From Eledone cirrhosa (taxonomy: Eukaryota), in NCBI GenBank assembly GCA_964016885.1, contig OZ024742.1, forward strand, positions 77,004,001 through 77,068,000: a stretch of DNA of 64,000 nucleotides, given 5' to 3'. The notes beneath the pieces are model-generated. The model did no database searches, was not told where the DNA came from, and saw nothing but the letters and a program-made list of their open reading frames with translations. A program made the translations under genes and the position numbers. Position 1 is the first letter of the stretch. Each line of letters starts with the position of its first letter. This document shows, one piece after another, positions 13,952 to 30,033 of the stretch.

Positions 13952-15613
13952 ATATATATATATATATATATATACATACATGTATATATGCACTAACAAA
14001 CGGAAAGATAGAAGAAAAAAAATAAAGGTGTATCGTTACCTACCCAAAAGTATTAATTTCAAAATATCTTTAATTGTTTGTGCAAAAGCAATAAACAGGT
14101 ACAGTGATTATAGCTTTCGATACATTCTTTTTCGATACATTCTTCTAACACGAATTCCTCATAATACTTTACTCAATAGAGAGAATAATGTGACAGCTGC
14201 GAATAATCATGAATGTAACTGGATATTTTCTCGACATTTCAGGTGGGTGTTTTTTCTTCAATCTCGGGGGGATAAATAAAGTACATATCCACTATTTGCG
14301 TAGATTCAAATTATTGTCGGCTAATGTTTGTATGAGAACATTTTATTCATACAAATATCCAAACGTGTAGATACGCACGTTTTATCACCTCTAAGGCGCT
14401 ATATTTATTCTTCATAGCAAATGTCGAATCATCAGTAGCGAGAGACAACATGCTCCCGAATTCACATATTTACGTTAATAAAATGAAGAACAATGTCGGA
14501 GCGATTGTGTCATTATCGTATTTTTAACTATAGTCTTTAATCGACATCAGGAAAGTTATTCGATTAATTCATGAAATTCAGCATCGGTCTATGATCACGA
14601 ATTCATATTATTTGCTGCTAAAACCTTGAACAGACGCTGAATTGACTGCAATCATCGATCATGGCTTTTCATTGTATAATTTCTTTCCATTCGGAAATGG
14701 TATTCATTTGAATTTCAAGGGTCTGAAAACAACGCCTTTAGTACAAATTCGGCATCGAGATATTTGACATGTCATCATAGGCCTGAGCCTTTTTCCGTTT
14801 TGGCGTTAGGATATGATTCTCAAATTCAAATAACCGTCCAAATAATAACAGCATTAAACATGCACTTGAAAATGCGTATATTTGTTTTTGTGTCGATTAT
14901 CCCTCACGTAAAATTAATCTCTGTCTTCTCCAAATGTTTCAAAGAGACACTTTCTTTTGAATCTATCAGAAATACGCTTTATCTTCAGTTTTTAACATAA
15001 ATACAATTTCTATCGAAAAAGCACCCGACCCAGGGCTGGGAAAAATCAGGCATACCCTTAAAGATTAAGCATACTCATCGGGACTGCACACACTTTTCTC
15101 AGCGATCCCTCTCTTCTACAAAGCAGCCTTGGAATGCTTCATCAAGAGTGGTCCTCACAGAATGCACGATGACAATTCGGCTTTCAAAGTAAGACTCGTC
15201 CAATGGTATCTTCATTTTCGATAAGAAATAGAAATCAGAAGCAATGTTCTTCGAGACCGGATCCTGGTAAGTAAGCTAAATGCCTTTCGTTGCCAAAACA
15301 AAAAAACCTTGGATAAGCTGACGTAAATTACTTGCAGTAGTGTCGCGATGCGGCTTGAACTAGTATGACCCCCAGAGCTGCTAGGTAACATGCTCTCGTG
15401 TTTGGTAGATATGTTAACGGTGATGATATTTTCAATTATTAACCTTTAAATTTTGTCGTATATTCTTTTTTACAATTGGTAATATATCATCTAATATCTG
15501 TTAACTCATACGACTTATTTCAGATATGGATTGTCTAATAACCCTAATGAGGGTACTATTTTGGTTTTTTACTTCATATTCTATTTATTATTTATTAAAA
15601 CACATTATACATA

Positions 15614-15785
15614 TAATTGTTTCTACTTTAGGCACAATGCCAGCAATTACCCAGTGCATTACTGGTACTTTATTTTATCGACCCCGTAAGGCAAAGTCAA
15701 CCTCGGCGGGATTTGAACTCAGATCGTAAAGGGACGTAACTATGCTGGAAAGCATGGCGTCCGACCCTCTACCGATACTGCCAAT
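15614..15785 (-). mobile_element. tRNA-derived SINE
   Basis: Reverse complement of the SINE consensus. Confidence 0.88.
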
Positions 15786-16505
15786 TATAATAATTTATAT
15801 TAATGATTATGATTTACAAAACAAAACAATCAATGGAAAAAGAAAACAAGAAAACTCCCAGAAAATACACACACTTAATTACATCCAAAACAACTTGAGA
15901 GAAGCCAAGATATTCGTGGCCTTAACATGGCTCATATATAGGGAGTCTGGACTAACCAAATACAATAACTAGCATGACCTGATACTTCAGGATACCGAGT
16001 TGCTTGCGGCCTGGTTTATAATCCTTTATATGATATCCAGGATTTCAGTGTCAATATTGTTCAGCATACTTATCTAAAGAAATCGGTTTACTCTATACTT
16101 ACCTCCACTGCTAATATGACTTAAATTAATTATGTTACTGTTATAGCTACATCTGACTTCATATGTTTGTTGTACGAGTCAAATTACATAGTATATTTAT
16201 TTTTAGTTTTATACCGACGTATATATTATAGTTTCTGTTATCTACTATTGTGAAATCAAATTTCGGATGCAAAAAGTTTGTTTATAAACTGCTTCTGTTT
16301 AAAATTTGATATATTTAATCGTTTTACTTAAATGTTTCAGCAAATGTTCTTGCAACAGCTTGTGCGATGAATTTCTACAGATTTTTAATACGTGTTTTCC
16401 AAATACTTTACTTCTTACGATTCATGTATGTTTCCTGAAAGCATTTCTGCCACTCATGTATTAAATATTAGCCTCTAATTTTGTGCCGTTATATGTATAT
16501 GTATG

Positions 16506-16672
<167 letters not shown>

Positions 16673-16924
16673 GTATGAATTGAATTGTAGCTGTTACTTT
16701 TATATTATATTATAATCTATCATAAATCGAAGTGAAAGCAGCATCCATAATAATTTGTGTTCTAAGCATGAATTTATACTTGAAATATATATGTAACGAG
16801 ATTCAACTACAGGCAACGACTATAGTGAGACACGATCGATAACCTGTACCAAATGGTGACCACCAGAAACTAAATATTCCACACCAATACGTAATGTATT
16901 TGCATATATATATATATATCATTA

Positions 16925-17920
16925 TCTATAAAAGACAGATTGTTGTTGGTACTTGTGTGTGTGCATGTTCCATGTTTATATATTTGTACAATTTCAAACC
17001 GATTCTCCTCAATGTTTGTAAGAATGTTGTAAATGCTCTAACTTAGGTCAGCGACTATTTATTGCATTCAAACTCACCCCAAAATTACGGAAATAATCGA
17101 TAAAACTAAATACATGACACTTTACCCCTCTAATACAATCTGATTCACTCTCTCTCTCTACACTTCTTAAAATTCGATAAAACCACATACATGCTTACGA
17201 ACTTACTTTAGGAATGCCGAAGAGAGAGAGAAGAGAATGAGAAGGATAGATAGAGAGAACGGTTGTTTTTGAGTGTGGAACGGTCAAACAATTATTTACT
17301 TCAATGACAAAGAGAACTTATTACATTTCATACGAAACAACAATTATTCCAAAGCAACAGATAAATTTATTCAACAACAAAAAAAATAGCGATACATCTT
17401 TTTTAAAACCTCTCAACGAACGTGGAAGAAAGAAAATATATCCTCTATGAGGACACTAAACCTGCTAGAAACAGCAGCTAACTCTCCCCCATAACACACC
17501 TCTCCCTACTGACTTAAATTTAGGAAACACATATCCACTATGAGGTCACTAAACCTGCTAGAAACACCAGCTAACTCTCCCCCATATCACACCCCTCCCC
17601 AGTGTCTTAAATTTAAAAAACACACATTAGACAACCATGCAGAACAACTCCATCGCAGCTCTGTTGTTCGGCTGCCATCGTCTACGCGCGTGTTGCGCAA
17701 GTACTGTGAAACAATAAATTTCAACACCTCTTTGCACAGAGATAATATCCATAGGCGAAACTACAATTGTCACTGCTGGCGGAGCTCCTGCTTCGGCAGT
17801 CCAGGTCTGCAATTCATTCACCCTGTGCCTGGCAGACAAAAAAGTGCCATCATAAAATGGGTGGTGCAACCTAACTTTGGTAACTTACTGACCCCGAGCA
17901 ACGCTGGGCTTTAATGCTAG
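16925..17920 (+). mobile_element. Non-autonomous Helitron
   Basis: 5' A|TCtataaaag and 3' hairpin cccgagcaacgctggg followed by CTAG|T. A second copy lies at 40770-42240. There is an internal tandem duplication of about 90 bp near 17446-17625. Confidence 0.8.
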
Positions 17921-18025
17921 TGTATATATATAGTAATAATAATAAATTTGAAGACTAAAATCCGGGTTCAATCGGGGTAGCTATAGTAAGTAAGGTACTT
18001 AATAAATAGTCCTGTAGAATCCATT

Positions 18026-18113
<88 letters not shown>

Positions 18114-18155
18114 TATATATATATCTCTCTATCCCTCTCTCTCTCTCTCTTTCTC

Positions 18156-18207
<52 letters not shown>

Positions 18208-18361
18208 TATACGTCTCCAGCAGCGGTCAGCAGATTCTCCTCACTACATAGAAGTTTGGCTTTTCGCAGATTCTTCACCACGTGCGATTTTGACTTACTA
18301 CCCTGAGAGCGCTCTATATATCCTCTTGTCCTACACAATTTTGCGTCTCATCACCGTCAGT

Positions 18362-20750
18362 ATGGATTTATACGAACTGAATTACTCCCTGAAGAACATT
18401 CCAACCATGTTTACCAAAAGCTCCTCCTATAAAAAGCGGAAGATGTCGTCAAACGCTTAAGATGGCGAGCCCTAGCTTTCGACGGCAAAATTACAGGCAC
18501 AAACAACACCTTCAACCTGAAATCGAGAGCCTACCCTCCTAAGGGTAACATTTCGCTAACATTTCCTTTCGCAAACACACTAAAATCTTTCTAACGAAAC
18601 TCAGAAACGATATTAAGAAATTTAGGTCTTCTAATAACACATTCGTCCTTTCCGACAAAACTAATAATATTTACGAAGTCGACAACACCACTTTCCGCCA
18701 CCTGGCCCATAACGCTATTACCTCTAAATATAAGAAATCTAACCCTATGGCCTACCACGACATTAATACAGAAGCCAAGGAACTCGCCGCCGACCTTAAG
18801 GTAGATAAGAAGCTACAATCTCTAGCTAAGCGGGCGGCGTTCCTCACCCTGAAACATCACAAGGTAAACTTTACTTCTAACCCCACATGTAGACTAATAA
18901 ACCCGGCACGCACAGATATGGGACTAGTCAGTAAGGCCATACTTAGAAACATAGTTAAGACAATTAGGACCGTGTCCAATCTGCCCCAGTGGGAGAACAG
19001 CGACTCCGTAATTAATTGGTTTAACTCCTTAAAATCCCCAAAAGCGAAGTTCACGCAGTTTGACATTGTCGATTTTTACCCGTCGAACTCAGAGACCCTG
19101 TTAAACAAAGCGTTCGACTTCGCTACCACTTATACCACCGTCGATTGTTTAGACAGGGAAATCATTGCTCACTGCCGGAAAACCCTCCTCTTCAACGACA
19201 GAGTAGCCTGGGCAAAGACGTCTACATCTTCAGACCTATTCGACGTCTCCATGGAATCGTTTGACAGTGCTGATGTATGTGACTTGGTTGGCCTTTTTAT
19301 CTTAGACATATTACGTGTTAGATTCCCAGACTTCCACACGGGAATATACCGTGACGATGGACTGAATTTATCGAGCCATAAAAGTGGTCACGACCTCGAG
19401 CGGTTTAAAAAAGACTTAGCTTCTACCTTCAATGAGTTAGGCCTTAGGATAACAGTAGCCACCAACCTCTCTAGCGTAGATTTCTTAGACATTAATTTAG
19501 ACCTTCGCACCCACACACACAAACCCTTCTATAAGCTAAACGAGAAACTTAATTATATTCACAAGGACTCATGCCGCCCTCCCACTGTTTTTAGAAACTT
19601 CGTGAAGAATATCAGTACTAGAATCTCAAACCTCTCCTCTAATAAGGCTATATTTGACAGGGCGGCACCCTACTATAACACGGCGTTGGCTAACAGCGGC
19701 TTCTCACAACCTATCACCTACTCTCCCGCTAACAACAACACCATTAAGAAAGGTAAGCGCATCAATAGACAAACTATCTGGTTCTCTCCTCCCTTCTCAC
19801 TCAACGTTAAACCCAATGTAGGCAAACAATTTCTAGCCCTCTTAGATAGACACTTTCCCATAGGTCATAAATACCGCTCCATCTTTAACCGACACAAAGT
19901 TAAACTAGGATACTCCTGCGCTAAGAACATGAAGGCCCACATCACCACCAGACCTAGGAGCAACACCCCACCAGGGTGCTCTTGCTGTAAGCCTGAAGCT
20001 TGCCCCCTTCAACAGCAATGCAACAGACCAGCTGTAATCTATGAAGCTGTGGTCACTTCCAACTGACCAAACGAACCACAGGAGGTCAAATCCTATGTGG
20101 GCATGGCGGAGGGCTGATTCAACGAGAGTTTCCTGAACCACCAGTCTACCTACAGATACCCGGATAGACGTTCATCCACGAAACTCGCGAGCCACATATG
20201 GTCCCTCAAGGACTCAAGTATACGGTACTCCATTCAATGAAAAGCCATCACTAAATCCAAGCCATACGCAAGGGGAAATCCGACTTGTGGTTTATGTATT
20301 GACGAACGAATAACTATCCCAAAGAGATTACTCAATAGTGATTGCCTTAGCACGAGAAGTGAATTTTTCACACGTTGTCCACACGTCACCAAACATCTAT
20401 TGCATAACTACAAGGCTCCGGACTGATTCTTTGTAATTTTATTTTTTATTTTTTTTATTTTATTTTCAACCTAAAAACTTTCCGGACTTTCGCAGTTATC
20501 TCCCTTACACTCCCGCACGCAGTCTAGTATTGCCTGTGTGAAGTGACCGAGTTTCTGCGCATGCGCGTTCGTACGGTTGTCCTTCCTGTTCCTATAACCA
20601 TACACATCCCGAGCTGAAGATCCGCGAAGGTGAAACAATTTTTCTCGGTATGGTGAACTAACTGTTGTGTAACCATATCTACCTAACTCGTCCCTTGGAC
20701 TGAGTGCTCTACCACTACGGATATTACCTTCCAGTGTTCACCACTATACA
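18362..20750 (+). mobile_element. Penelope-like retroelement, probably Naiad-type, with 3' pLTR
   Basis: MDLYELNYSLKNIP start; RT FDIVDFYPS and GIYRDDGL; CSCCKPEACPLQQQC; GIY-YIG VIYEA..SYVGM. The ORF reads on through three TGA stops to 20426. Confidence 0.9.
20609..20648 (+). ncRNA. Minimal hammerhead in PLE 3' pLTR
   Basis: ccgag-CTGAAGA-tcc-gcgaa-ggt-GAAA-caattt-TT-ctcgg. The sister copy at 32353 keeps CAATTG. Confidence 0.7.
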
Positions 20751-21293
20751 AATATATATGTATATACATGCCAGTAGCGCAGTATTATCACTTAAAAGAG
20801 GAGTGATGTATGCAATTATTAGATTTTCCCTAAATGTTTTTTAACCGCAATTCTACTAGTCGCTTAAGGACAACACATACTATGAGTTAGTTGGCATTAA
20901 TGGTATGATTATTTAGTAAGTCCCCACAGCTTATCGTTTTGCATACGTTTGCTGATGAGAGGAAGTAATATGGGCTAGTGCGGAAACCTTTCTCTTACGT
21001 TCAAGAAGTTGCTAATATGAGTGCTGATATAGTCTCACAAGCTAAACATTTTACTTATGTGATGTAAGGAAGAAATGACTTTATCGACCTTAAAGTTGGT
21101 ATGTTTTCCTGAATATTATTTGCTTTCTATATGTGTAAAGAATGTTATGTGTTCCTCAACATACGTATATATCCTTTAAATTTGAATTATCATTACTCTT
21201 AACCAACATCCTTTGAGCTCATTTGAGAAATATGATTATCATAGCTATTAAATATTTATTTATACCTTAATGCAGTCGCTTTCTCTCTCTCGG

Positions 21294-21366
<73 letters not shown>

Positions 21367-21594
21367 CTGAGATTCTCGAATATTAGTAATAACATTCGAT
21401 TCGTTTGCAATTATGGAACAAGCCTAATTTTTATAGCCATGTCAGTAGAATGAACACTTTATTCTTGCTCTTGTGTTGGCATGTAAACATAAATGTAGAC
21501 ACTAATCTTTCTGTGTATGACCTTTCATCAGTAAAGTTCACTTTTCACCTCGCAGCTGTCAGAGCTAGTGAAAATATATCATATTTTAGAAAAT

Positions 21595-21635
<41 letters not shown>

Positions 21636-21985
21636 AGACTAGTGAGTGCGTATAAATATATATATTACACTCTTGGTAGATGGAATAATGTGCACCTGTA
21701 GACAAAGTATTTATGTTCTCTACAAAACTAATGAACATTTCGATATTTCGGCACTAAAATAATGCTTTAAACAAAGCACAGCAATTACAGGATTCAATTA
21801 CTATTCTACTATTCACTCACAATTAATATACTTGTGTCCTGAGACAAAATCATCAGTTATTTTCAACTATTCTCTATCGATAAAGTACACAGATATATTA
21901 TCAAACTAAATGTCTATTGATTTGTTATTTCAAAACCGCACGCGCACGCACGCACACACGCACACACACACACACATACACACAC

Positions 21986-22059
<74 letters not shown>

Positions 22060-22090
22060 ACACACACAAACACACACAAACACGCAAGTT

Positions 22091-25000
22091 AACAAATCCA
22101 CCCGACTATCTCTGAATGCTGAAATAAATAACATCCGGAATAAAGATACGGCCATTGAGGAAATGAATGCTGACGGTCTAGGGCAAGATTTGATTGATAT
22201 TCTCAACTTACTGGTAGGTGAAATGAACAATGATAGTGGAAAGCCTATGAACCTAAGATTTTTACACAGGAAAAAAGTTAAAAGAAACAACAGCTAAGGT
22301 AAACGAGGTGATTCCATACCTTGAGGCGAGGAACCTTCACCAATGCAAAAATATCCTCAAAGCAACCGTAAATGTGGTGAAAAAATTGCTTGGCATAAAG
22401 ACGGAAGAGACGACACACAAGAAAGATCAGAACCTTGGTGGAAGAAACGAATGAATGGTCAAATCAAGGAAATGAGAAAAGACATTTGGAAGCTTGAGTC
22501 TTTACTGAATGGGATATTACAATACATAGACACTAAAGGTAGACTGGAAATAAAATACAAAACTGGGGGAAAAGCGCGAAATTTTACCATAGACGAACTG
22601 AAGCAACGCATTGTAGCCAAGAATGCAAAGATTAGGGGATACGAGAGCAGAGTCAGTCAGTATAGACAGAACTGCATGTTTGACAACAACCAGAAGATGT
22701 TGTTTGGACAGCTTGAAGGGAAAGAAAGAGGCAACGACTTGATCCCTGAGGCGGAACAAACTAAGACATTCTGGAGAGGAATATGGGAGCAGGATGGTAA
22801 ATATAATGATCAGGCAGTGTGGATTGAGACAGTACAAAAGAAGATAGTGAACAGGGACACCAACGAACTGATTTGAGTATCACAGTTGAAACTCTTAAGG
22901 GACAGGCCAGAAAACTATCCAACTGGAAATCACCAGGCCCAGATGGTGTGCAGGGGTATTGGATTAAAAATATAACATCCCTCCACCCGAAACTGTAAAC
23001 CATGTTCAATGACTGTTTGATGTCGGGTGAGGTACCAGAGTGGTTGACAAAAGGGACCACAGTTCTGGTATTGAAAGACCGAATCAAGTGTAATGATGTT
23101 ACCAACTATAGACCTATCACATGTCTGTCCGTAATGTGGAAACTGTTAACAAGCATTGTGTCTGAGGAAATCTACCATCACATCAACATAAACAACTTGT
23201 TACCGGACGAACAGTAAGGATGCCGAAAGAAGTCCCGTGGTACAAAGGACCAGTTGCTTATTGATACGATGGTAATGAGGAATTACAGGAGGCGACACAC
23301 TGGTCTTGCCATGGGATGGATAGACTACAAAAAGGTATTCGACATAATACGTCATTCTTGGATAACCAAAAGCCTAGAGATCTTCAAAGTGGCAGATAAC
23401 ATCAGTCCTGGAAAACAGAGTTAATCCTTGGGAGGCGTGAAGATCAAGAGAGGTATCTTCCAGGGAGATAGTTTGTCTCTTCTGTTGTTTGTCCTTGCCC
23501 TGATCCCCCTGACCATTTTACTGCGAAAAGTGAGAGCAGGATACAAGTTGGAGAGAGCTTACCTTCAAATACCTCCACTTCATGAACGATCTTAAGCTCT
23601 TTGGGAAGAGTGAGAAGGAGTTGGATGTATTAGTTGACACTGTCCGTATTTTCAGCAATGATATATGTATGCAATTTGGTATTAGTAAGTGTGGAGTCCT
23701 TGTGATGAAGAGGGCTAAATTGAGCAGAAGCAACGGAATCCAGGTACCAACAGGTGAGATAAAGGAAATTGATACTGAAGAAGGATACAAATATTTAGGT
23801 GTTCTGGAGGCTGATGACATCAAGAACAAAAACATCAAAGAATTGATAAGATCTGAATACATTCGGAGAATAAGGAGCGTATTAAAGTCACATCTGAACA
23901 GTAGGATTGCCGTAAGTGTAGTAAATTCCCGAGCTGTGTCTATTATTAGGTACAGTGCGGGAATTCTGAGATGGAATGTTGCTGAACAAAAAGAAATGGA
24001 TAGGAAGACTAGGAAGCTATTGACTATCTACAACATGTTCCACAAGAGGAGTGATGTCGATAGACTCTACTTAAGGAGATCTGAAGGTGGAAGAGGTATT
24101 ATCAGCATTGAGGACTGTGTTCAGATGGAGAAAAACAACCCACAGAAGTACGTGACTGATAGTAAGAATCCAATGCTCAGAATTGTACTGAAGGAGAGGA
24201 CAATAGACCAGGGGATGTCCAAGGAGGAAATAACAACAACGAGAAAGAGCAGCCTTCATAAAATATCCCTTCATAGTACCTTCTTTGAGAAAACTGAATT
24301 CAGAGATCCACAGACATGGAACTGGTTGAGAAGAGGAGACCTTAAAAATGCTAATGGCTGCGCAAGAGCAGGCCCTCAAAACGAAGTGGTTGAAACACCA
24401 TATTTACAAGGAGGAGACTAGCCCACTGTGCAGGATCTGTGGAGAGAGAGAGAGAGAGAGCATAGTGTGTCTCACATTGTATCCGAGTGTAAACACCTAG
24501 CCCAGACTCACTATAAAGGCTGGAGACATGATGTGATGGGCAGGGGGATCCACTGGCACCTATGCAAAGTAAACAATTTACCACATTCTGAGAAGTGGTA
24601 TGAGCATAAACCAGAGTCGGTGATAGAAAACGATCAGGTGAAGGTGCTGTGGTATTTTAGGATACAGACGGATAAGAAACTGGAACACAATAGACCTGAC
24701 CTGGTGGTTTTGGACAAGGAAAAAAGATCGTGCCTGTTGTAGATGTGGCCTGCCCATTCGACACGATAGTGCAAGAGAAGGAGAGGGAGAAAATTAACCG
24801 ATACCAGGACTTAAAGTGGGAGCTAAAAAGGATTTGGAACTGCCATGAAGTCAAAGTGGTCCCGATTGTCATAGGCGCACTAGGTACTATCTCAAAAAGT
24901 TTCCAGGGATGTTTAAAGAAAATTGGACCCGCCACGCTTTTTGGAACGCTTCAAAAGGCATGCTTTCTGGGAACAGCAAGAACTCTCCGATACGTCCTGA

Positions 25001-25105
25001 ATATTTGAGGCTGCAGGTAGTGGCTTGATATTCATTTCAACAAACTTTCCAGTTAACTAACATCAATGATTGAGACTCAAAAAACAATAATAATAATAAT
25101 AATAA
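22091..25105 (+). mobile_element. R4/Dong-like RLE non-LTR retrotransposon (decayed) with (TAA)n tail
   Basis: NWKSPGPDGVQGYWIK, NYRPITCL, GIFQGDSLS, FMNDLKL, YKYLG, CCHC finger CRIC..SHIVSEC and RLE RPDLVVLD..VDVAC..K..RYQDL. It ends in aataataat. Confidence 0.9.
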
Positions 25106-25191
25106 TTGTTTCTACTTTTGGCACAAGGCCAGCAATTCTCCAGTGAATTACTGGTACTTTATTTCATCGACCCAGTAAGGATGAAAGGCAA
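25103..25191 (-). mobile_element. SINE 3' fragment
   Basis: aattgtttctacttttggcacaaggccagcaatt is the reverse complement of the SINE 3' end. Confidence 0.8.
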
Positions 25192-25204
25192 ATATATATA
25201 TGTT

Positions 25205-25760
25205 CTGACCTCCCCCCTCCCACCGTCACTCCTCGCTTTTTTCCAAACCCACCCATTACTGCTTTTAAGCGCCCGCAACTTCCGCGACCTCCTGGTTCGC
25301 AGTTCCTTTCTCGTTCTCTCCCACGACACCACCTGGCTCCCATCCTTTTTCTCGTCTCCCGCTGCAACACCTGTCCCTTCATTTCCATCCTCACCACTCT
25401 TACAGGCCCTAACGGGTCTTTCAGTATACGCCACTCTTTCACCTACACATCCACCCACGTTGTTTATTCCCTCCGGTGTTCCCTTTGCGGATCTTTATAC
25501 ATCGGCCAAACGGGAGGCTTTATGTCGGACCGTTTTGCTAAGCATTTGAGGGACATACGACTCTGTTTGGATACACCTGTCGCCCGTCATTTCTGTTCTG
25601 GTCATTGTTCCCAGCATGTTTCAGTCCTGTGTGCCCTTTTACATCATGGATCACAGGCTTCGCGTACCAGGACTTAAGAAGTCTGATTCACCGCTCTTGG
25701 ACTCAACTCACCTCCCCTATTTCTTTAATATCCCGTCCATTATCACACGCGCTTGTACAT
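25205..25760 (+). pseudogene. PLE GIY-YIG endonuclease fragment
   Basis: Across frames it reads AFKRP..RDLLVRS, CNTCPFI, HVVYSLRCSLCGSLYIGQTG and RFAKHLRDIRL..PVARHF. Confidence 0.75.
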
Positions 25761-25980
25761 TCACCCCTAGATTCCTCCTGATCATTAACACCTTCTCTTA
25801 CAACTAATACAGACCGACTACATATGCTGACACCACGTTTCCCTTCACAGCTCTGTATACACACATACACACCCGTATATTAACATACTTTTGCTCATAG
25901 CTTCGTACTTACATGTACATACACACTTTTACTTACATATACACACACATTTCCTCTTAGCTTCGTACGGATGTATAATA

Positions 25981-26018
<38 letters not shown>

Positions 26019-26231
26019 GCTCGCACACACATATGTTTACACACTCGTGCACAAGTATAACTCTTTTTACAAAACGGTTTTTTTTTTCCATTGCAGGTAG
26101 GACGCGTTCCATCATCCACTTTTCTAAACATTAAGACCCTCTTCCTGCAATGTCAAGCGTTAACCTAATATATCCCTTCCATATACTGTACCGATAGTGT
26201 TGTTATTTCTGTTAACCTTTTACATATATAC

Positions 26232-27750
<1,519 letters not shown>

Positions 27751-27796
27751 AGTGAAAAAGAACAAAGGAACTATTATGACATTATAACAAGTTTAT

Positions 27797-27843
27797 TGCC
27801 GACAGCCGTTTCGTCCGACCTTATAGTGGGACTTTTCAAGGCA
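27797..27843 (-). ncRNA. Minimal hammerhead, U3-A8 core
   Basis: Minus strand reads tgcc-TTGAAAA-gtcc..ggac-GAAA-cggctg-TC-ggca, with a GUC site. Confidence 0.75.
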
Positions 27844-28010
27844 TATAACATGTGATTGTAAGATCATTATTTACATCAACGTATCACTCAATTGAAATTG
27901 TGGTATACATCTGCTCTGCTTATACGCATAGAGCTTAACTAGCTACCGTCACATATTTGTTAGGTCACACGTGATCATCGCGATTCACATACGACCTACC
28001 ATACCTCTTG

Positions 28011-28056
<46 letters not shown>

Positions 28057-28148
28057 CAGAGAAAGCGACAGAAGGAAATATATTTATATGATTTTCTCTA
28101 CGTTTAGTTCAGTAGTCAGACACTTATCTAATCGTCGAATCTGTTTCC

Positions 28149-28328
28149 GCAGTATCGGTAGATTGTCGGACGCCTTACTTTTACGCATAGAGTTACGGCC
28201 GTTGCCATTCTGAGTTCAAATCCTGCCGAGTTTAACTTTGCATTTCATCTTTACGGGGTCGATAAAATAAAGTACCAGTAATGCACTGGTTAATTGCTGG
28301 CCTTGTGCCAAAAAGTAGAAACAATTAT
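28149..28328 (+). mobile_element. tRNA-derived SINE
   Basis: gcagtatcggtag..gagttcaaatcc..gggtcgataaaataaagtaccag..gtagaaacaattat. Confidence 0.88.
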
Positions 28329-29616
28329 CTCCTCTCTCTCTTCTTTGTGGTGTGTATGCGGTACGCACTTGAGTGTATGTGCATGTACCAATGTATTGTT
28401 GCATATCTGTGTGTGTTTGTATTCTGCTGCATTTAAAAGCTTCGTTGTTGAACATGTGCATGCAAGTTGTTTTTCTCCAAACATATAAACGCACACACAC
28501 GAGCCCAGAATGCTGTTGAAGTAACAGTACACACACATTCACTTATCAAAACACATATGTTCATATATTCCTACTTATTCAGGAAATATATATAGTCACC
28601 AAACAACAATTTGTGTCAAAAACCCAAAGACGTTAACCATACATCTTAATATAACATATAGTTAAAAATGTCGTCCTACCACATGTGTCACCATAATTAA
28701 CTCCCATTCCATTATCTTGAAATAAAGCACCCCATCATTCCATTTTAACTACCTATATGAAGATAGTGTACCATTCTTCTAGGATAGTTTTTATTTCTAT
28801 ATATTCTTAAATCTCATAACGAAATAGGACTTCCAAAAAGATATAAAGTGTATTTTGAACGATATTATTTCTTTTCACTTACGTTCTTGACGTTTCAACA
28901 TCAATTTTCCTATTTTTATCCACTTCTCGCTGTCTCTTGATTTCTCCTTAAATATTCAGTATAGCCTAATGACCTCACTTTCCACCGGATCACTTTGTGT
29001 TATACTTGGATACGTATGTAGATATATCTAAGTATGTTACTATATTGCTTCCATCTCCGCAGTCTTAAAATATAATATGTTCTAATATATTACCTTGTTA
29101 GACATTGCAGCGTTTTGTTTCATTTACACTTTCACAGTTTCTATAATCAAATCTCTCTCACTCATTAGTTCTAGCATCTTATTATTTCACTGTGAAGTAT
29201 ATACACATTTCTTAAGCTCGCCCTTCCTGAATACGCATTCACATTTCTGGAGAATTATATTATGACGCTTTGTATTATTTTGTTTATATAGTTCGACTTT
29301 GTTTATTTTTCATCAGTTTCAATGTTACCAAAAAGTAATCTTTAATTAGCCGTGACTTTATAATTAAACACTTTACTGATTATTCTATCATTTCAGCCGT
29401 TCCACAATCTGTAAATTAGTCCAAAAGATTGAGGTCGATAAATTTGGCTATGTTTATATGTTTTCGTCATCCGATTACTGCGCTAATGAGCGTTTTTAAT
29501 GAGGCAAGTGAGAAGTTTAACCATCTGAAAATAATTACTTCACATATAAATAGCATCAAAATAGCATTTACGCACATGCACATATACAAACACAGATATA
29601 TATATATATACATATT

Positions 29617-29725
<109 letters not shown>

Positions 29726-29989
29726 CGGCTATGAATTAGTTTTGCGAGGTTTTTTATATGAAATCGTGTGTCGAAACAAATATTGTTATACATGGGGAGG
29801 GTCATATTTGTGTAATATTGCCAGAATTAATAACAGAACACACTCACTGTATGGTTGGTTTTCGCTTTTCGCTTCTGTGTCTTTTATATCGGTAATCTAA
29901 TATACTCGGTCCTCAATGTTTTGCCATTGACTGACCGACGGTCAAAAATAATACAGATACAATATAGACACAAACATATATATATAGTT

Positions 29990-30033
29990 TATCATAAATC
30001 TTTCGTTGCACATCTGCAACATCGTCAGTGGTG
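29990..30033 (-). ncRNA. Hammerhead-like motif in the inverted arm
   Basis: Reverse complement of 31774-31817. Confidence 0.55.

Noticed and set aside
20064-20240. Three in-frame TGA codons in a Naiad-like GIY-YIG domain suggested selenocysteine recoding
   Set aside because: They do not fall at conserved Cys positions. One is at the conserved Trp (IQ*K versus LQWE/LKWK in the other PLEs) and the others look like CGA-to-TGA CpG decay. The element is also frameshifted upstream, and no SECIS was identified.
20948-21000. CTGATGA...GAAA spaced like a hammerhead
   Set aside because: No convincing stem I, II or III pairing.
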